Below, piece after piece: positions 24,958-35,662 of a DNA stretch of 64,000 nucleotides. A model generated the notes under the pieces. The model did not search any database, had not been told where the DNA came from, and worked only from the letters and a program-made list of their open reading frames with translations. The stretch comes from Candidatus Woesearchaeota archaeon. GTDB lineage: Archaea > Nanobdellota > Nanobdellia > Pacearchaeales > GW2011-AR1. Made by a program: the position numbers and the translations under genes. The stretch is taken from positions 115,973 to 179,972 of the forward strand of contig CAZDXC010000001.1 in the NCBI GenBank assembly GCA_964509675.1, written 5' to 3'. Every line of letters begins with the position of its first letter. The first letter of the stretch is position 1.

Positions 24958-27789
24958 TTATTCTCCACAACCTTTTGGGCTTTCCCATCCGCATTCAGGA
25001 TTAGAGCACTTTTCAAGACAATGCCCTTTCTTAATCATTTTTGCTCCGCATACAGCACAAAATCCTCCAGCTTCTTCGACAATTTCTGCTTGAATATTTT
25101 TTTCAGGAACAAGGGAATCAATTATGATCTCTTCCTTTCCATTATCTTCATCATTTCCATTTTCTAAATTTAAAAATTGTTTTTGTAAGAAATGAAAGAT
25201 GTAATCTATAGGAGAATCTGCTTTGTGGATTTCAGGATGTCCCCTGACAAGCCCATATGGTTCAAACTTCTGATGTCTGAATTTTTTGACTAATGTTTCT
25301 AAAGGTACTCCATATTGCAAAGCCATTGAAGTTAAAATTCCGATAGTATCCATCAATCCTTTTACAGTAGTTCCCTCTTTACTCATATCAATAAATGTTT
25401 CTCCGGGAATTCCATCATCATACAATCCAACTCCCAGATAACCTTCATGTCCTCCGGCAATTTCAAATTTATGAATAATTCCCCTTCTCGTATTGGGAAG
25501 TTTTTTTCTTACTGGTTTGATTTTTCCTTCAAGACTTTTTTCTGAGAAATTCAATGGCTGAATTCTCTTGCTCTTGTCTCTGTAAATTGCAATTGCCTTC
25601 AATCCCATTTTCCATGCATCAATGTATGCCTTTTCTATTTCTTCGATAGTTGCTTCCTTAGGCATATTCACTGTCTTTGAAATTGCTCCTGACAGAAAAG
25701 GCTGAACAGCAGCCATCATTTTCAAATGTCCGTAGATAGAGATTGTTCTTTTTGCATGATTGGGTTTGTTTGAACAATCAAAAATAGCAAGATGTTCCTC
25801 TTTAATATAAGGGGCCCCTTCCATTGTTTCTTTTTCTAAAACATATTTTTTCATCTCATTAATCTGTGCTTCATTATAACCCAATTTTTTTAATGTTGGT
25901 TCTACTGTTGTATTCACTAATCTCAAATTTCCTCCCCCGACTAACTTTTTTGTCTGAACTAATCCGATTTCAGGTTCAATTCCCTTTGTATCACAATCCA
26001 TCATAAATCCAATTGTTCCTGTAGGTGCAAGAACAGTTGCTTGGGCATTCCTAAACCCATACTTCCCCCCAAGCTCAACAACTTCATTCCATCTTTCTTT
26101 TGCAGTATCAAGAATGGCTTCCAATCCTTTTGGCAGTTTTTCTTTTTGAACATTTTTTAATGCATCCCTATGCATTTTTATTACTTCCATCATCGAATTT
26201 TTGTTTTTTTCAAATTCCTCAAAGGTTCCGATTTTCTGCGCCATTTCAGCAGAAGTTTTATAAACATTTGCAGTGAGCAATGCAGTTATTGACGCTGCAA
26301 TTGCCCTTGCCTCATCAGAATCATATGGCAGGCCGAGAGACATAATTAATGCTCCAAGATTCGCATATCCCATTCCTAAAGGACGGAATTTGTGCGAATT
26401 CTCTGCAATTTCCCTTGTGGGATAAGAAGAATTGTCAATTTCCAAATCCTGTGCAATTGCAGTAACTCTTACAGAATTTTCAAGTGCAGAAATGTCAAAA
26501 GTATCATCTTCTTTTCTGAAAGCCATTAAATTTTGTGAAGCCAAGTTGCAGGAACTGTTGTCTATAAACATATATTCTGAACAAGGATTTGATGCTTTTA
26601 TCCCACCTGAATCTTTGCAGGTATGCCACTTGTTCATTGTGTCTCTAAATTGTAATCCTGGATCTCCACAAAAATGTGTTGCTTTTGCAATTGCTCTCAT
26701 CATTTGTTTTGCTTTATATTTGGGCATTTTATGTGCTATATCCTTGCTATGAACAGGAATTGTCTGCCATTCTTTGTCTTCTAAAACTGAATTCATGAAT
26801 TTATCACTTGCTCCTACAGAAATATTTGTATTTTGGTAATTCACACTCTCCTGGGCTCTTTGCCAAGGAACTCCATTATCAATTAAAATATGCAGTAACT
26901 TCTCTTCTTCCATTTTTGAATTGATGAATTCCATAATATCCGGATGGATGTCTTCTAGACTATTCATCTTAGAAGCCCTTCTTGTTTTTCCTCCAGATTT
27001 GACAATTCCTGCAACTTTATCCCAAAATGCCCAATATGCTAAAGGGCCAGAAGGCTTTCCACCAGAACTTAATTTTTCTCTAGAAGAACGCAATGAAGAG
27101 ATGTTGCTTCCTGTTCCAGAACCATATTTAAAAAGCAAGGCTTCTTTCTTGGCAAGTTCCATAATATCTTCCATAGTATCTCCAACGCTCTGAATAAAAC
27201 AAGCCGGTGTTTGTGGGTAAAAAATATCTTCTCCAATTTGAATAGGAATGGCGGTTCCTTTTTTTATATTAAATTTCACATCTCCAAAAGGAGTTGAATA
27301 AATAATTGATTGATTTTTTTCTGCTATTCTCCATGCCTCTTTTCTTTCTTTGCTTGGCTCTGCTCTTAAATGAGTTCCAACATTAAACCAAACAGGAGAA
27401 TTGAATGCCATTTTTTGGCTGTATGAAAGATACGCCAATTCCTCCCTAAATATTTCTGCCTTTTTTCTTGATGAAAAATAATGTTGCTTAATCCCCCAAT
27501 CAGCCATAGTAGAACTTACTCTTCCAATCAAATCTTTGATTGAATTTTCTCTTTGGGAAGTTCCATGCTCTCCAAAAAAATATTTTGAGGCAGTTATATC
27601 CCTTGCTAATTTGCTCCATTGTTTTGGAAATTCTGCATTTTTCTGAACCCATAATTTAACCCCATTATCATCCCTTATCTCAGCATCATTTTTTTCAAAT
27701 TCAAAATAATCTTCCGCAAGCTTATTCTTTTCTATGAAATATCTTTCAATAGTCAATCCCCTTTCTTCTTTTACCTCATATTTTCTCAT
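24958..27789 (-). CDS. nrdJ: class II (adenosylcobalamin-dependent) ribonucleotide reductase
   Basis: Active-site NPCSEYMF with the downstream SSCNLAS, at 943 aa. The C-terminal zinc ribbon is CAVCGAKMIKKGHCLEKCSNPECGW. Confidence 0.9.
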   Translation of the reverse strand: MRKYEVKEERGLTIERYFIEKNKLAEDYFEFEKNDAEIRDDNGVKLWVQKNAEFPKQWSKLARDITASKYFFGEHGTSQRENSIKDLIGRVSSTMADWGIKQHYFSSRKKAEIFREELAYLSYSQKMAFNSPVWFNVGTHLRAEPSKERKEAWRIAEKNQSIIYSTPFGDVKFNIKKGTAIPIQIGEDIFYPQTPACFIQSVGDTMEDIMELAKKEALLFKYGSGTGSNISSLRSSREKLSSGGKPSGPLAYWAFWDKVAGIVKSGGKTRRASKMNSLEDIHPDIMEFINSKMEEEKLLHILIDNGVPWQRAQESVNYQNTNISVGASDKFMNSVLEDKEWQTIPVHSKDIAHKMPKYKAKQMMRAIAKATHFCGDPGLQFRDTMNKWHTCKDSGGIKASNPCSEYMFIDNSSCNLASQNLMAFRKEDDTFDISALENSVRVTAIAQDLEIDNSSYPTREIAENSHKFRPLGMGYANLGALIMSLGLPYDSDEARAIAASITALLTANVYKTSAEMAQKIGTFEEFEKNKNSMMEVIKMHRDALKNVQKEKLPKGLEAILDTAKERWNEVVELGGKYGFRNAQATVLAPTGTIGFMMDCDTKGIEPEIGLVQTKKLVGGGNLRLVNTTVEPTLKKLGYNEAQINEMKKYVLEKETMEGAPYIKEEHLAIFDCSNKPNHAKRTISIYGHLKMMAAVQPFLSGAISKTVNMPKEATIEEIEKAYIDAWKMGLKAIAIYRDKSKRIQPLNFSEKSLEGKIKPVRKKLPNTRRGIIHKFEIAGGHEGYLGVGLYDDGIPGETFIDMSKEGTTVKGLMDTIGILTSMALQYGVPLETLVKKFRHQKFEPYGLVRGHPEIHKADSPIDYIFHFLQKQFLNLENGNDEDNGKEEIIIDSLVPEKNIQAEIVEEAGGFCAVCGAKMIKKGHCLEKCSNPECGWESPKGCGE

Positions 27790-28227
27790 TTACAATCCCT
27801 TCATCTCTCGTTTAAAATCATCTATGTCCTGAAATTCCCTATATACAGATGCAAATCTTATATACGCGACATTGTCAATTTTTTTTATTTTTTTCATGAC
27901 TAATTCCCCAATCTCAGAACTTTTAATTTCCTTTTTTCCCTTTCTTCTTATCTGTTCTTCTATTTCATTTATCATTTTGTCTATTTTTTCTTTTGCGACA
28001 GGGCGTTTTTCAAATGCCCTGTAAATTCCTGCTTCGAGTTTTTCCTTGCTGAACTTTTCTCTCCTGTTATCTTTTTTTATTACATATATGTCTTCCACAG
28101 AAGCTTTTTCATATGTGGTAAATCTCTTTTTGCATTTCAGACACTCTCTTCTCCTTCTTATCCCTTCAGGAGACTCTCTTTTGTCTGTTACTCTTGATTC
28201 TTTGTGTAAGCAATATGGACAATCCAT
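27790..28227 (-). CDS. nrdR: NrdR transcriptional repressor
   Basis: An N-terminal Zn ribbon (MDCPYCLHKESRVTDKRES...RRRECLKCKKRFTTYE) is followed by an ATP-cone, and the gene abuts nrdJ. Confidence 0.85.
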   Translation of the reverse strand: MDCPYCLHKESRVTDKRESPEGIRRRRECLKCKKRFTTYEKASVEDIYVIKKDNRREKFSKEKLEAGIYRAFEKRPVAKEKIDKMINEIEEQIRRKGKKEIKSSEIGELVMKKIKKIDNVAYIRFASVYREFQDIDDFKREMKGL

Positions 28228-28257
28228 TTTTATTTAATCTTTTTAACAAATAATAGG

Positions 28258-28304
28258 ATACAATATATTGTATATCAAATAACCTTTATTGCTACCTATT
28301 GTAT
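28258..28304. promoter_or_regulatory. NrdR-box operator: a perfect 16-bp palindrome ATACAATATATTGTAT plus a degenerate second box 31 bp downstream
   Basis: The first box (28258-28273) matches the NrdR-box consensus acaCaATATATtGtgt. The second box (28289-28304) has its TATTGTAT half exactly one 31-bp spacing away. Both lie 30-80 bp upstream of the nrdR start. Confidence 0.55.
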
Positions 28305-28410
28305 AAGCAAGAAAATAATGAAAGAAGAACTATTTAAACATTTATTTTCACTTGGATAGAGCAACATGAATATACGAATACAGAAATGTGCAGAAATATA
28401 CAAGAAAAAA

Positions 28411-28923
28411 TCAGAAATAATCAATCCATGTATTGCTTTCATCCAATTCTCTACCATGGTGTCTTATCACGTCAAAGAAATTTCTTCCATCCTTAAGCCA
28501 TTCGTATATTTTAACATCACCTGAATTTTTCGGAAGTTGTAAAATTTCTTGTTTTAGGATCCATAAAGGTTTTTCTCTTTCATCTCCTTTACTTATTAGT
28601 TTACCGCTATATTGTTTGGCAGCAAATATGTAGACTAAATAATCAGGAGCATTCTGCCAATTATTAAAAATTCTTCCTTCATTATCAAATAGAATAATAC
28701 CTCTAAATTGTATAGGATTAATTAAAGTTAAACCAGTCTCTTGAGTAGTTTCTCTTATTGCTGCCTCTAATCTACCTTGTAAGTTTGTTCCTTTTTCATT
28801 TTTTTCTAATTTCCCTCCTGGCAAGGTATAAAAGTTTGAGTTGGGGTCACCTTTCTTTTTAGATTTCTTTACCATCAAAACATGGTCTTTTACACATAAA
28901 TAAGATAGAACACCATACATCAT
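28411..28923 (-). CDS. NUDIX hydrolase
   Basis: Nudix box GGKLEKNEKGTNLQGRLEAAIRETTQETGL (Gx5Ex7REUxEExGU). Confidence 0.8.
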   Translation of the reverse strand: MMYGVLSYLCVKDHVLMVKKSKKKGDPNSNFYTLPGGKLEKNEKGTNLQGRLEAAIRETTQETGLTLINPIQFRGIILFDNEGRIFNNWQNAPDYLVYIFAAKQYSGKLISKGDEREKPLWILKQEILQLPKNSGDVKIYEWLKDGRNFFDVIRHHGRELDESNTWIDYF

Positions 28924-29552
28924 ATCAAAAACAAAAATAGAAACTTAATAAAAATTTGTATACTTTATTACTTTTTATGAGAAAAAATCAAATCTTTTTA
29001 AACTCAAAAGCATTTATTAAAATATTAAAAAGAGGATAGAAAAATGGCAAATTATTTGATGTTAGTTTCAGAACAACTGGGAATTTCTCTTTACTTATTG
29101 GTAATTTTGTTTGTATGGAGATATGGAAGGGTTTGGCATTATGGAAATCTGCACGAAAGAAATCTGTTGCATGGTTTGTAGTATTATTTTTGATAAATAC
29201 AGTAGGAATATTGGAAATTCTCTATATTTTTGTATTCTCTGAATGCTGCAAGCCAAGAAAAGCAGCAAGGCATAGAACGAAAAGAAAACGAAGAAGGTGA
29301 ATTAGTGATAATAATCTTTATAAATCATATTTCTATGAGTTATTAATGAAAAAATTAGGTAATGTCATTGCAAAGATACAGACTATTATTCTTATTGAGT
29401 ATAAAAAAGAAAAGCCAAATATGACAAGAATTGAAGACTATGTAAATATGATAAAGATAATTAATAATGAATTTAGCACCCATTATTCAATAGGTTTACC
29501 TCCCAAAATACCACCCTTTCATTCAAAGAGTTGGAGACTCTATGGAAGATAT

Positions 29553-30374
29553 TTATCTAACCTTTAGTAATTCACACATCTTACAAATATTGTTCCTGCT
29601 TGGCTCTCCGCAGATTTTGCAGTATTTTAATTGCTCCTGAGTTTTGAGTTTCTGGATCAAAGGAGACAGATTGTCAAAATTTTTAATGATATTTTCTTTT
29701 TGCTTTGTTGTTAACTTGTTAGTGAATTGCCTGATTTGAATTCTGTAAGAATCAAGAGCACATGGGCAATGCTCATAAACAACAGGAAGTTTTTTCGCTT
29801 TTGAATAATCCCTTATATCTCTCTCTGCTATGTAAAATAAAGGCTTGATTCTTGTTATGAATTTCTTATCTTCTATATTTTTTGTTATTGCTCCTGAATT
29901 TGCACTCAACTGGGGAGAGCCTTTCATAACATTCATTAAAAAAGTCTGAACTTCATCATCAAGATTGTGTCCTGTGGCAATCTTTTCTGCTTTTAATTCC
30001 CTTGCTTCCTTGTTCATAATCCACTTTTTTATAACACCGCAGATAGCACAATTCTTCAATCCTTTTTTCTGCTGAATTCCTGCCCTTATATAACACATTC
30101 CTGAACCCATCTCTCTTTTTATGTCATAGAGATGCAATTTTATATTCAGTTCTTTGCATAATTTTTTTACTGCTTCAAGACATCTTTTGCTGTAATCCCC
30201 CATCCCCAAATCAATGTGAAATCCTTCAATATTATATCCGAATTTTTTTAATAGATAAGCAGTTACAGAAGAATCTTTTCCTCCAGACAGAGCCACGAGT
30301 ATTTTATCCTTTTTAGACAATTTTATTTTTTCAAGAGTTTTCTTAACATGAGATTCAATGTTCATAAGAACCAA
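29553..30374 (-). CDS. PP-loop ATPase tRNA thiolase (TtuA/TtcA/Ncs6 family)
   Basis: PP-loop SGGKDS, an internal CAICG, and C-terminal CxxC pairs (CKICGEPSRNNICKMC). Confidence 0.7.
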   Translation of the reverse strand: MVLMNIESHVKKTLEKIKLSKKDKILVALSGGKDSSVTAYLLKKFGYNIEGFHIDLGMGDYSKRCLEAVKKLCKELNIKLHLYDIKREMGSGMCYIRAGIQQKKGLKNCAICGVIKKWIMNKEARELKAEKIATGHNLDDEVQTFLMNVMKGSPQLSANSGAITKNIEDKKFITRIKPLFYIAERDIRDYSKAKKLPVVYEHCPCALDSYRIQIRQFTNKLTTKQKENIIKNFDNLSPLIQKLKTQEQLKYCKICGEPSRNNICKMCELLKVR

Positions 30375-30399
30375 TAAGAAAAAGAGATTTTAAATTATT

Positions 30400-30750
30400 C
30401 TATAATTCTTCAGGATAACTATTCACAATTCTGATTTTATCTGAACCATTATATCTTGTTCCAAATTCTCCTCTCTCTCCAATAAAACTATATGCACGAT
30501 TATTTAATCTTATTCTAACTTCTTCAATTGCTTCCCAGTTATCAGCATTTTCTGGTATGTATTTCAGTTCTATTCCATCAATTTCAGTATTTTCTTTTAG
30601 TTCAAGAGTTGCAATCTTGTCCAAATCCCCTCCTCCCCAAGGTCTTGTTAATTTTGCTGTAAGTTTATTTCCTTGTTTTAATTGTAGAAGTTCTTGGTTT
30701 TCTCTTTGTAGCATCAAAATATAATCCTGTCCATCAAATAATGCTTTCAT
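30400..30750 (-). CDS. hypothetical protein
   Basis: A 116-aa ORF with no recognisable motif. Confidence 0.4.
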   Translation of the reverse strand: MKALFDGQDYILMLQRENQELLQLKQGNKLTAKLTRPWGGGDLDKIATLELKENTEIDGIELKYIPENADNWEAIEEVRIRLNNRAYSFIGERGEFGTRYNGSDKIRIVNSYPEEL

Positions 30751-30858
30751 TTGAAATTCCTATTTCGAATGAATGGAAATCGAAGATTTGCTTTCATAAA
30801 AAAACTAATAATATTGAAATTTATAAGTTTATAATAAACTGAAAAATATATAATATTT

Positions 30859-33075
30859 TTATATTCTCTTTCTTCTGAGCAGATTTGCATTGCTTACAAC
30901 AGTCACAGAAGATGTAGCCATTGCTATTTCTGCTATTACAGGGTGCAATAAGCCTGCAATTGCAACAGGGATTGCTATGATATTGTAAAAGAAAGCCCAA
31001 AATAAATTTTGTTTTATTTTTCCAAAAGTTGCTTTTGAAAGATTAATTGCCTGAACAACCCCCTTTAAATTTCCTGTCGCCAAAACAATATCTCCTGCTT
31101 CAATTGCGATGTCTGTTCCTGTTCCTATTGCTATTCCAACGTTGCTCTCTTTCAATGCAGGAGCATCATTCACGCCATCTCCGACAAAAGCCACCATGCC
31201 ATGTTGTTTCATCTCCTTGGTTATTTTCACTTTATCTTCTGGAAGAACATTTGCAACAATTTCCCTGATTCCGACTTTATTCGCTATGGCTCTCGCAGTT
31301 TTTTCATTATCTCCTGTAATCATCACTGTTTTGTATCCAGCCTTGTTCAGATGTCTTATAGACTCGATAGAATCTTCTTTAATTGCATCAGCAACTGCTA
31401 TCACCCCCAAAACCTTTTTATTTTCAGAAACTATCATTGTTGTCCATCCCTTTCTTTCAAATTCCTCTACCTCGCTTTCAAATCCTTCTACAGATATCCC
31501 CTTTTCTTTTAACAAATTCCTGCTTCCAATAATCACGTTCTTTGTTCCGATTTTTCCTTCAATTCCTCTTCCTCTTAAAATCCTGAATTGGGAAACTTTC
31601 CTGTATCTCTTTAAATTTGCTTTTTCTACAATCGCCCTTGCAATAGGATGCTCGCTCAGCTTTTCCAGGCTTGCGGCTATGTCCAAGAGATAACTCTCCT
31701 TGATTTTAGTGTAGATTTCAGCAACTTCTGGTTTTCCTTTTGTTATTGTTCCTGTCTTGTCAAATATAATTGTCTTAATATTTCTCATGGTTTGAATTGC
31801 TTCTCCTTTTCTGATTAATATCCCTCTTTTTGCTCCCATCCCTGTTCCAACCATGATTGCAGTAGGAGTTGCCAATCCCAATGCACACGGACATGCAATT
31901 ACAAGGACAGAAACCATTACAGAAATTGCTCTGCTTAAGTCTTTTTGAAAATACCACCATCCTGCAAGAGTCAGAACTGAAATCAATAAAACAACAGGGA
32001 CAAAAACATTGGTTATCCTATCTGCGAGTTTCTGTATCGGAATTTTTGTTCCCTGCGCTTCTTCTACTAATTTTATTATATGAGACAAGAATGTGTCTTT
32101 TCCTATTTTTGTTGCCTTGACATACAAAATTCCATCCTGATTTATTGTTGCCCCTATAACATTGCTTCCCTTTCTTTTCTCGACAGGCATACTCTCTCCT
32201 GAAATCATGGATTCATCAACAGCACTCTCTCCTCTTATTACTATCCCGTCAGTAGGGATTTTTTCTCCTGGCTTGACAATCATGATATCTCCTGTTTCTA
32301 TTTCAGAAATTTCAACTTCAATTTCCTTTTTTCCTCTCAGCACAACAGCTTTTTTTGCTCCCAGTTCCAGAAGTTTTTTTATCTCCTGGCTTGCCTGTCC
32401 TCTCGCTTTCATCTCAACATATTTTCCTGTCAGAAAAAAAGCCATTATCATTGCAGAAACTCCTGAATAATCCAGAGTTACTCCAGTTAAACTCAAAATA
32501 CCTGTGATATATGCCACTACTGTTCCGAGAGCAATAAGAGAATCCATATTAAAATAAAAATTAAAAAATCCTCTAAAGCCTCCTCTCAAGGTATTAAAAC
32601 CAAAAATAAAAATAACAGGAAAAGCAATAATCATAAGGACAATCGTCATAACATTTTCTTCAAAAAATCTCAGGCCAAAAAGCCTTTCAGAAAACATAAT
32701 TAATGCAATAGGAATAGTCAAGAGCCATGCCCAAATCATTTTTCTTCTCCAGATTTTTATCTCTGGCTCTCCCACGGGCTGTTCATGATGGTGTTCGCCA
32801 TTTTCAGTAAGATGCTGTGCATGTTCATCATGGCTTTGAATCTCTTCAGAATTTTCAAATTCAATTTTTGTTGCCTTGTATCCCCCGACTCTTGAAACCG
32901 CTTTTTTCAATTCTTCTTCAGAAACCCTTTCACCATTATCAAATTCAACAAATCCTCTTTTGGCGATTAAATTAACATGAGCACTTTTAACTCCGTGTAT
33001 TTTTTTCAAGCTTCTTTCTATGTTCGCTGCACAGCTCGCGCAATGCATACCTTCAATTTCTATTCTTGCTTTCAT
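30859..33075 (-). CDS. copA: copper-translocating P1B-type ATPase
   Basis: N-terminal [11 protein letters not shown], the TM CPC motif [12 protein letters not shown], phosphorylation site DKTGTIT, and GDGVNDAP. Confidence 0.95.
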   Translation of the reverse strand: MKARIEIEGMHCASCAANIERSLKKIHGVKSAHVNLIAKRGFVEFDNGERVSEEELKKAVSRVGGYKATKIEFENSEEIQSHDEHAQHLTENGEHHHEQPVGEPEIKIWRRKMIWAWLLTIPIALIMFSERLFGLRFFEENVMTIVLMIIAFPVIFIFGFNTLRGGFRGFFNFYFNMDSLIALGTVVAYITGILSLTGVTLDYSGVSAMIMAFFLTGKYVEMKARGQASQEIKKLLELGAKKAVVLRGKKEIEVEISEIETGDIMIVKPGEKIPTDGIVIRGESAVDESMISGESMPVEKRKGSNVIGATINQDGILYVKATKIGKDTFLSHIIKLVEEAQGTKIPIQKLADRITNVFVPVVLLISVLTLAGWWYFQKDLSRAISVMVSVLVIACPCALGLATPTAIMVGTGMGAKRGILIRKGEAIQTMRNIKTIIFDKTGTITKGKPEVAEIYTKIKESYLLDIAASLEKLSEHPIARAIVEKANLKRYRKVSQFRILRGRGIEGKIGTKNVIIGSRNLLKEKGISVEGFESEVEEFERKGWTTMIVSENKKVLGVIAVADAIKEDSIESIRHLNKAGYKTVMITGDNEKTARAIANKVGIREIVANVLPEDKVKITKEMKQHGMVAFVGDGVNDAPALKESNVGIAIGTGTDIAIEAGDIVLATGNLKGVVQAINLSKATFGKIKQNLFWAFFYNIIAIPVAIAGLLHPVIAEIAMATSSVTVVSNANLLRRKRI

Positions 33076-33261
33076 TTCTTTATTATATCAAATTTATTTG
33101 ACTATTTAATAGCATGTTTGGTTATTTCAAGATTACAACTTTTATATTTTTTGCACCAATCTTCACATTTATTAGCCCAATTTATATCATCATAAATCAA
33201 TTTACAGTCTACACACTGGTAATAGGACTTATTATTTTTATTAATTTTTTTTACCATTCTG

Positions 33262-33441
33262 CTAACAGCACCCTCCACAATTTGATTTTTTAGTAGTTTC
33301 TTTTTCATAATTATCTGCATGTTCTGAACAGCAAAATGTTTTTTCTCTTGTTCCAATAAATACAGGGTCTTTCACATCCCTGAATACTTCTTTGCCCCTT
33401 TCAATTTTCTTTTTGCAGTATTCGCACTTTTTTCTGAACAT
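33262..33441 (-). CDS. TRASH/zf-FCS-like small metal-binding protein (59 aa), not in the ORF track
   Basis: Hand translation gives MFRKKCEYCKKKIERGKEVF...TFCCSEHADNY...NCGGCC (Cx2C...FCxSxH). It sits just upstream of copA on the same strand and overlaps the ORF-track frame 33102..33356. Confidence 0.5.
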   Translation of the reverse strand: MFRKKCEYCKKKIERGKEVFRDVKDPVFIGTREKTFCCSEHADNYEKETTKKSNCGGCC

Positions 33442-33445
33442 TTTA

Positions 33446-33664
33446 TCATTTCTGGATTTGTTTAACCAACCACACTATAAAAAGTATCAGAGCAACTAAA
33501 GCCAATATTCCGAAAATCCATCCGAAAAACATCATTCCAGAACCATAGCTTCCATACATCATATTCATCATTCCGAACCCTGCTCCGCCAAATCCAAAAC
33601 TCGCTAAAAGTAACAATGCAACTACTGCTACTACCGCCCATACGAGTGAATTATTGTCTTTCAT
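33446..33664 (-). CDS. small Gly/Met-rich membrane protein
   Basis: A 72-aa ORF with two TM helices flanking a GFGGAGFGMMNMMYGSYGSGMM segment. It ends 4 nt before the TRASH ORF start. Confidence 0.4.
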   Translation of the reverse strand: MKDNNSLVWAVVAVVALLLLASFGFGGAGFGMMNMMYGSYGSGMMFFGWIFGILALVALILFIVWLVKQIQK

Positions 33665-33712
33665 TTATGCCTCCTTTCAACAATTTATTTATCATTCATA
33701 TTTAAGTTTTCT

Positions 33713-33955
33713 TTATTTGTAATACTCTAAACAATATAAAGTATTTGTATGATGACTCAGATGTTGTTTCCACCAATTCAAATCATCTTCATATTCAGGA
33801 AGCCTGCATTGTTCAGGAATGCTTTCAGAGCGATATTTCTCTAATTCTGCATTGTCATTTATAGCATTTCCTGTAAGTTTGTATCTGTACACAAAAATTC
33901 CTGCAATTAACAAAATCAGAAAAATTCCAATCATAATAAAAATTTTTTTATTCAT
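33713..33955 (-). CDS. small membrane-anchored hypothetical protein (start taken at the internal MNKKIF)
   Basis: One TM helix followed by a soluble domain. The upstream part of the longer ORF overlaps the neighbouring gene. Confidence 0.35.
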   Translation of the reverse strand: MNKKIFIMIGIFLILLIAGIFVYRYKLTGNAINDNAELEKYRSESIPEQCRLPEYEDDLNWWKQHLSHHTNTLYCLEYYK

Positions 33956-34397
33956 TTTTCTTTCCTTTTTTTGATTGATACAGCATAATTCCCGTTCCAA
34001 ACAAATTTGAAACTATTCCCAATATTAAAAAATAAACCGTATATTTAGAAAGACTGGCTAATGCAGAAACTCCTATTAATGCTCCCAAGAATGGAAGTAC
34101 ATTCAGCAGATAGTGGCTGCAGCAGAGTATCATGCTTACAGAGGATATCCCTCCTGAAGCAATCGTGGTAGAACATCCTATTGCATTCTTTCCTCTTAAA
34201 TATGTGAATAAACCAACCTGAAAGCCAAAACCTCCTACGAGCAGGACAAGTAAAATCCAATACTTTCCTATTATCTCTGTCGCCATACTCGGAAATTTCA
34301 GGAGATATAAAACAATTAAATTCACAGATAATACAATTAATACAGCGATTATACCGTTTCTTATAGCTCTTTTTTTTATATTCATTCTCTGCAGCAA
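33948..34397 (-). CDS. hypothetical integral membrane protein
   Basis: A 149-aa ORF with four predicted TM helices. Confidence 0.45.
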   Translation of the reverse strand: MLQRMNIKKRAIRNGIIAVLIVLSVNLIVLYLLKFPSMATEIIGKYWILLVLLVGGFGFQVGLFTYLRGKNAIGCSTTIASGGISSVSMILCCSHYLLNVLPFLGALIGVSALASLSKYTVYFLILGIVSNLFGTGIMLYQSKKGKKNE

Positions 34398-34858
34398 TCT
34401 AAAAGTTTTTTTAATTTTTCAGAAAATTTGGATTTTCTGTCATTATCATTAAGAAAATTCATTTTTGTATCTGCGAGATTTATCTGCCAAAACATTGAAT
34501 AGAGTTCAAAGGCGTCCTTGTACAAATGTTCAGCTTCTTTTTTCTTTTTTTCCTTTAGAAATTTATTTCCTGTTTCTATCAGACGCATGCTTGAAGCAAG
34601 AAGATGCTTGCTCATGCACCATTTCTCGCTTTCGTCTTCATTGACCAATTTCTTTAAATGCTCTTTTCTGATTTCTCTTATCTTATCCAATAATTCCAAA
34701 AATTTCTCGTCTTCTGTTTTTACATAACTGAAATATGCATGTTCTTCCAGACTTACAAGGTTCATTAATGCTATTGAAAGATCCTCTCCGCTGGACAAAT
34801 CCATTTTGTTTTCTCTGTTAAATTCTATAACTTTTTTCACAAATTTTTCAGTATTCAT
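34382..34858 (-). CDS. hypothetical soluble protein
   Basis: A 158-aa helical, charged ORF. Confidence 0.4.
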   Translation of the reverse strand: MNTEKFVKKVIEFNRENKMDLSSGEDLSIALMNLVSLEEHAYFSYVKTEDEKFLELLDKIREIRKEHLKKLVNEDESEKWCMSKHLLASSMRLIETGNKFLKEKKKKEAEHLYKDAFELYSMFWQINLADTKMNFLNDNDRKSKFSEKLKKLLDCCRE

Positions 34859-34863
34859 TTTAA

Positions 34864-35412
34864 TTATTTAGTAATAAGCCAGAATGTTAATGACAAAACT
34901 ACCAATATGATAAACATGAAAGACAATCCTTGATAAGGGTAGAGAACTTTTCCTTTTTTCTTTTTTAGATAATCGCTGAAGCTGAAAGCTCCCCAAACGA
35001 ACAGAGTTCCTGTAATCATTCCGAATAAAAGTTTGTCTATTCCGTAAATTCCCATTCCGAGCATAGAATGATGTTCTGGCATTGATTTCACCATCTCAAA
35101 ATTTGTTATTATCCCTGCAGTGTAAAGAGGAACTGCAAGCAAAGCGAATGACAATAAAACCAAGACAACTTCCTGAAAAGGAATTTTTACCTTTTTCTTC
35201 ACAAGCCATTTGTTGAACCATAATGCTGTGGAGACTATAAAAGCCCCTAAAAATAACCCGACAATTGAATCATCAACTCCGAGATATCTTGCAGTCCCTA
35301 TTCCTGCAACTGCACCGGCAGTGCATAGCGGACAATGAGCAGAAACTAACTGTGAGGTTATAACTACAATGAATGGAATTAACATTGCTGAAATTAATAT
35401 TGCTTTTTTCAT
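34864..35412 (-). CDS. integral membrane protein with a CPLC motif
   Basis: AHCPLCTAGAVAGIG near the N-terminus, a SMPEHHSMLGMG loop, and about five TM helices. Confidence 0.45.
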   Translation of the reverse strand: MKKAILISAMLIPFIVVITSQLVSAHCPLCTAGAVAGIGTARYLGVDDSIVGLFLGAFIVSTALWFNKWLVKKKVKIPFQEVVLVLLSFALLAVPLYTAGIITNFEMVKSMPEHHSMLGMGIYGIDKLLFGMITGTLFVWGAFSFSDYLKKKKGKVLYPYQGLSFMFIILVVLSLTFWLITK

Positions 35413-35662
35413 CTTTGTTTTTAAATAAATAAAAAATAAAAAAAATAAAAAAAATTAACAACCTCCGACCATTGTGTCGTAACCGCTTCTGACAACCTGT
35501 CCTGTTCCGCTTCCTCTCAGAAAAAAGACATAAATGACAACAAGAGCGAGCACTCCTATAACAATCCAGGGTAGTATCTTTTTCCAATCCATTCTGGATT
35601 CTCCTCCTTTATCAGTTTTTTCTTGGTGGCTTTTGCTTGGACTACAACAATCTTCCATTTTC

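Noticed and set aside
29044-29567. Small hydrophobic or basic ORFs (29115..29300, 29346..29567 and a 45-codon frame from 29044) in the gap between the NUDIX gene and the tRNA thiolase.
   Set aside because: They have no motifs. They overlap each other in different frames and carry an odd Arg/Lys tail. They are likely non-coding or leader-region sequence.
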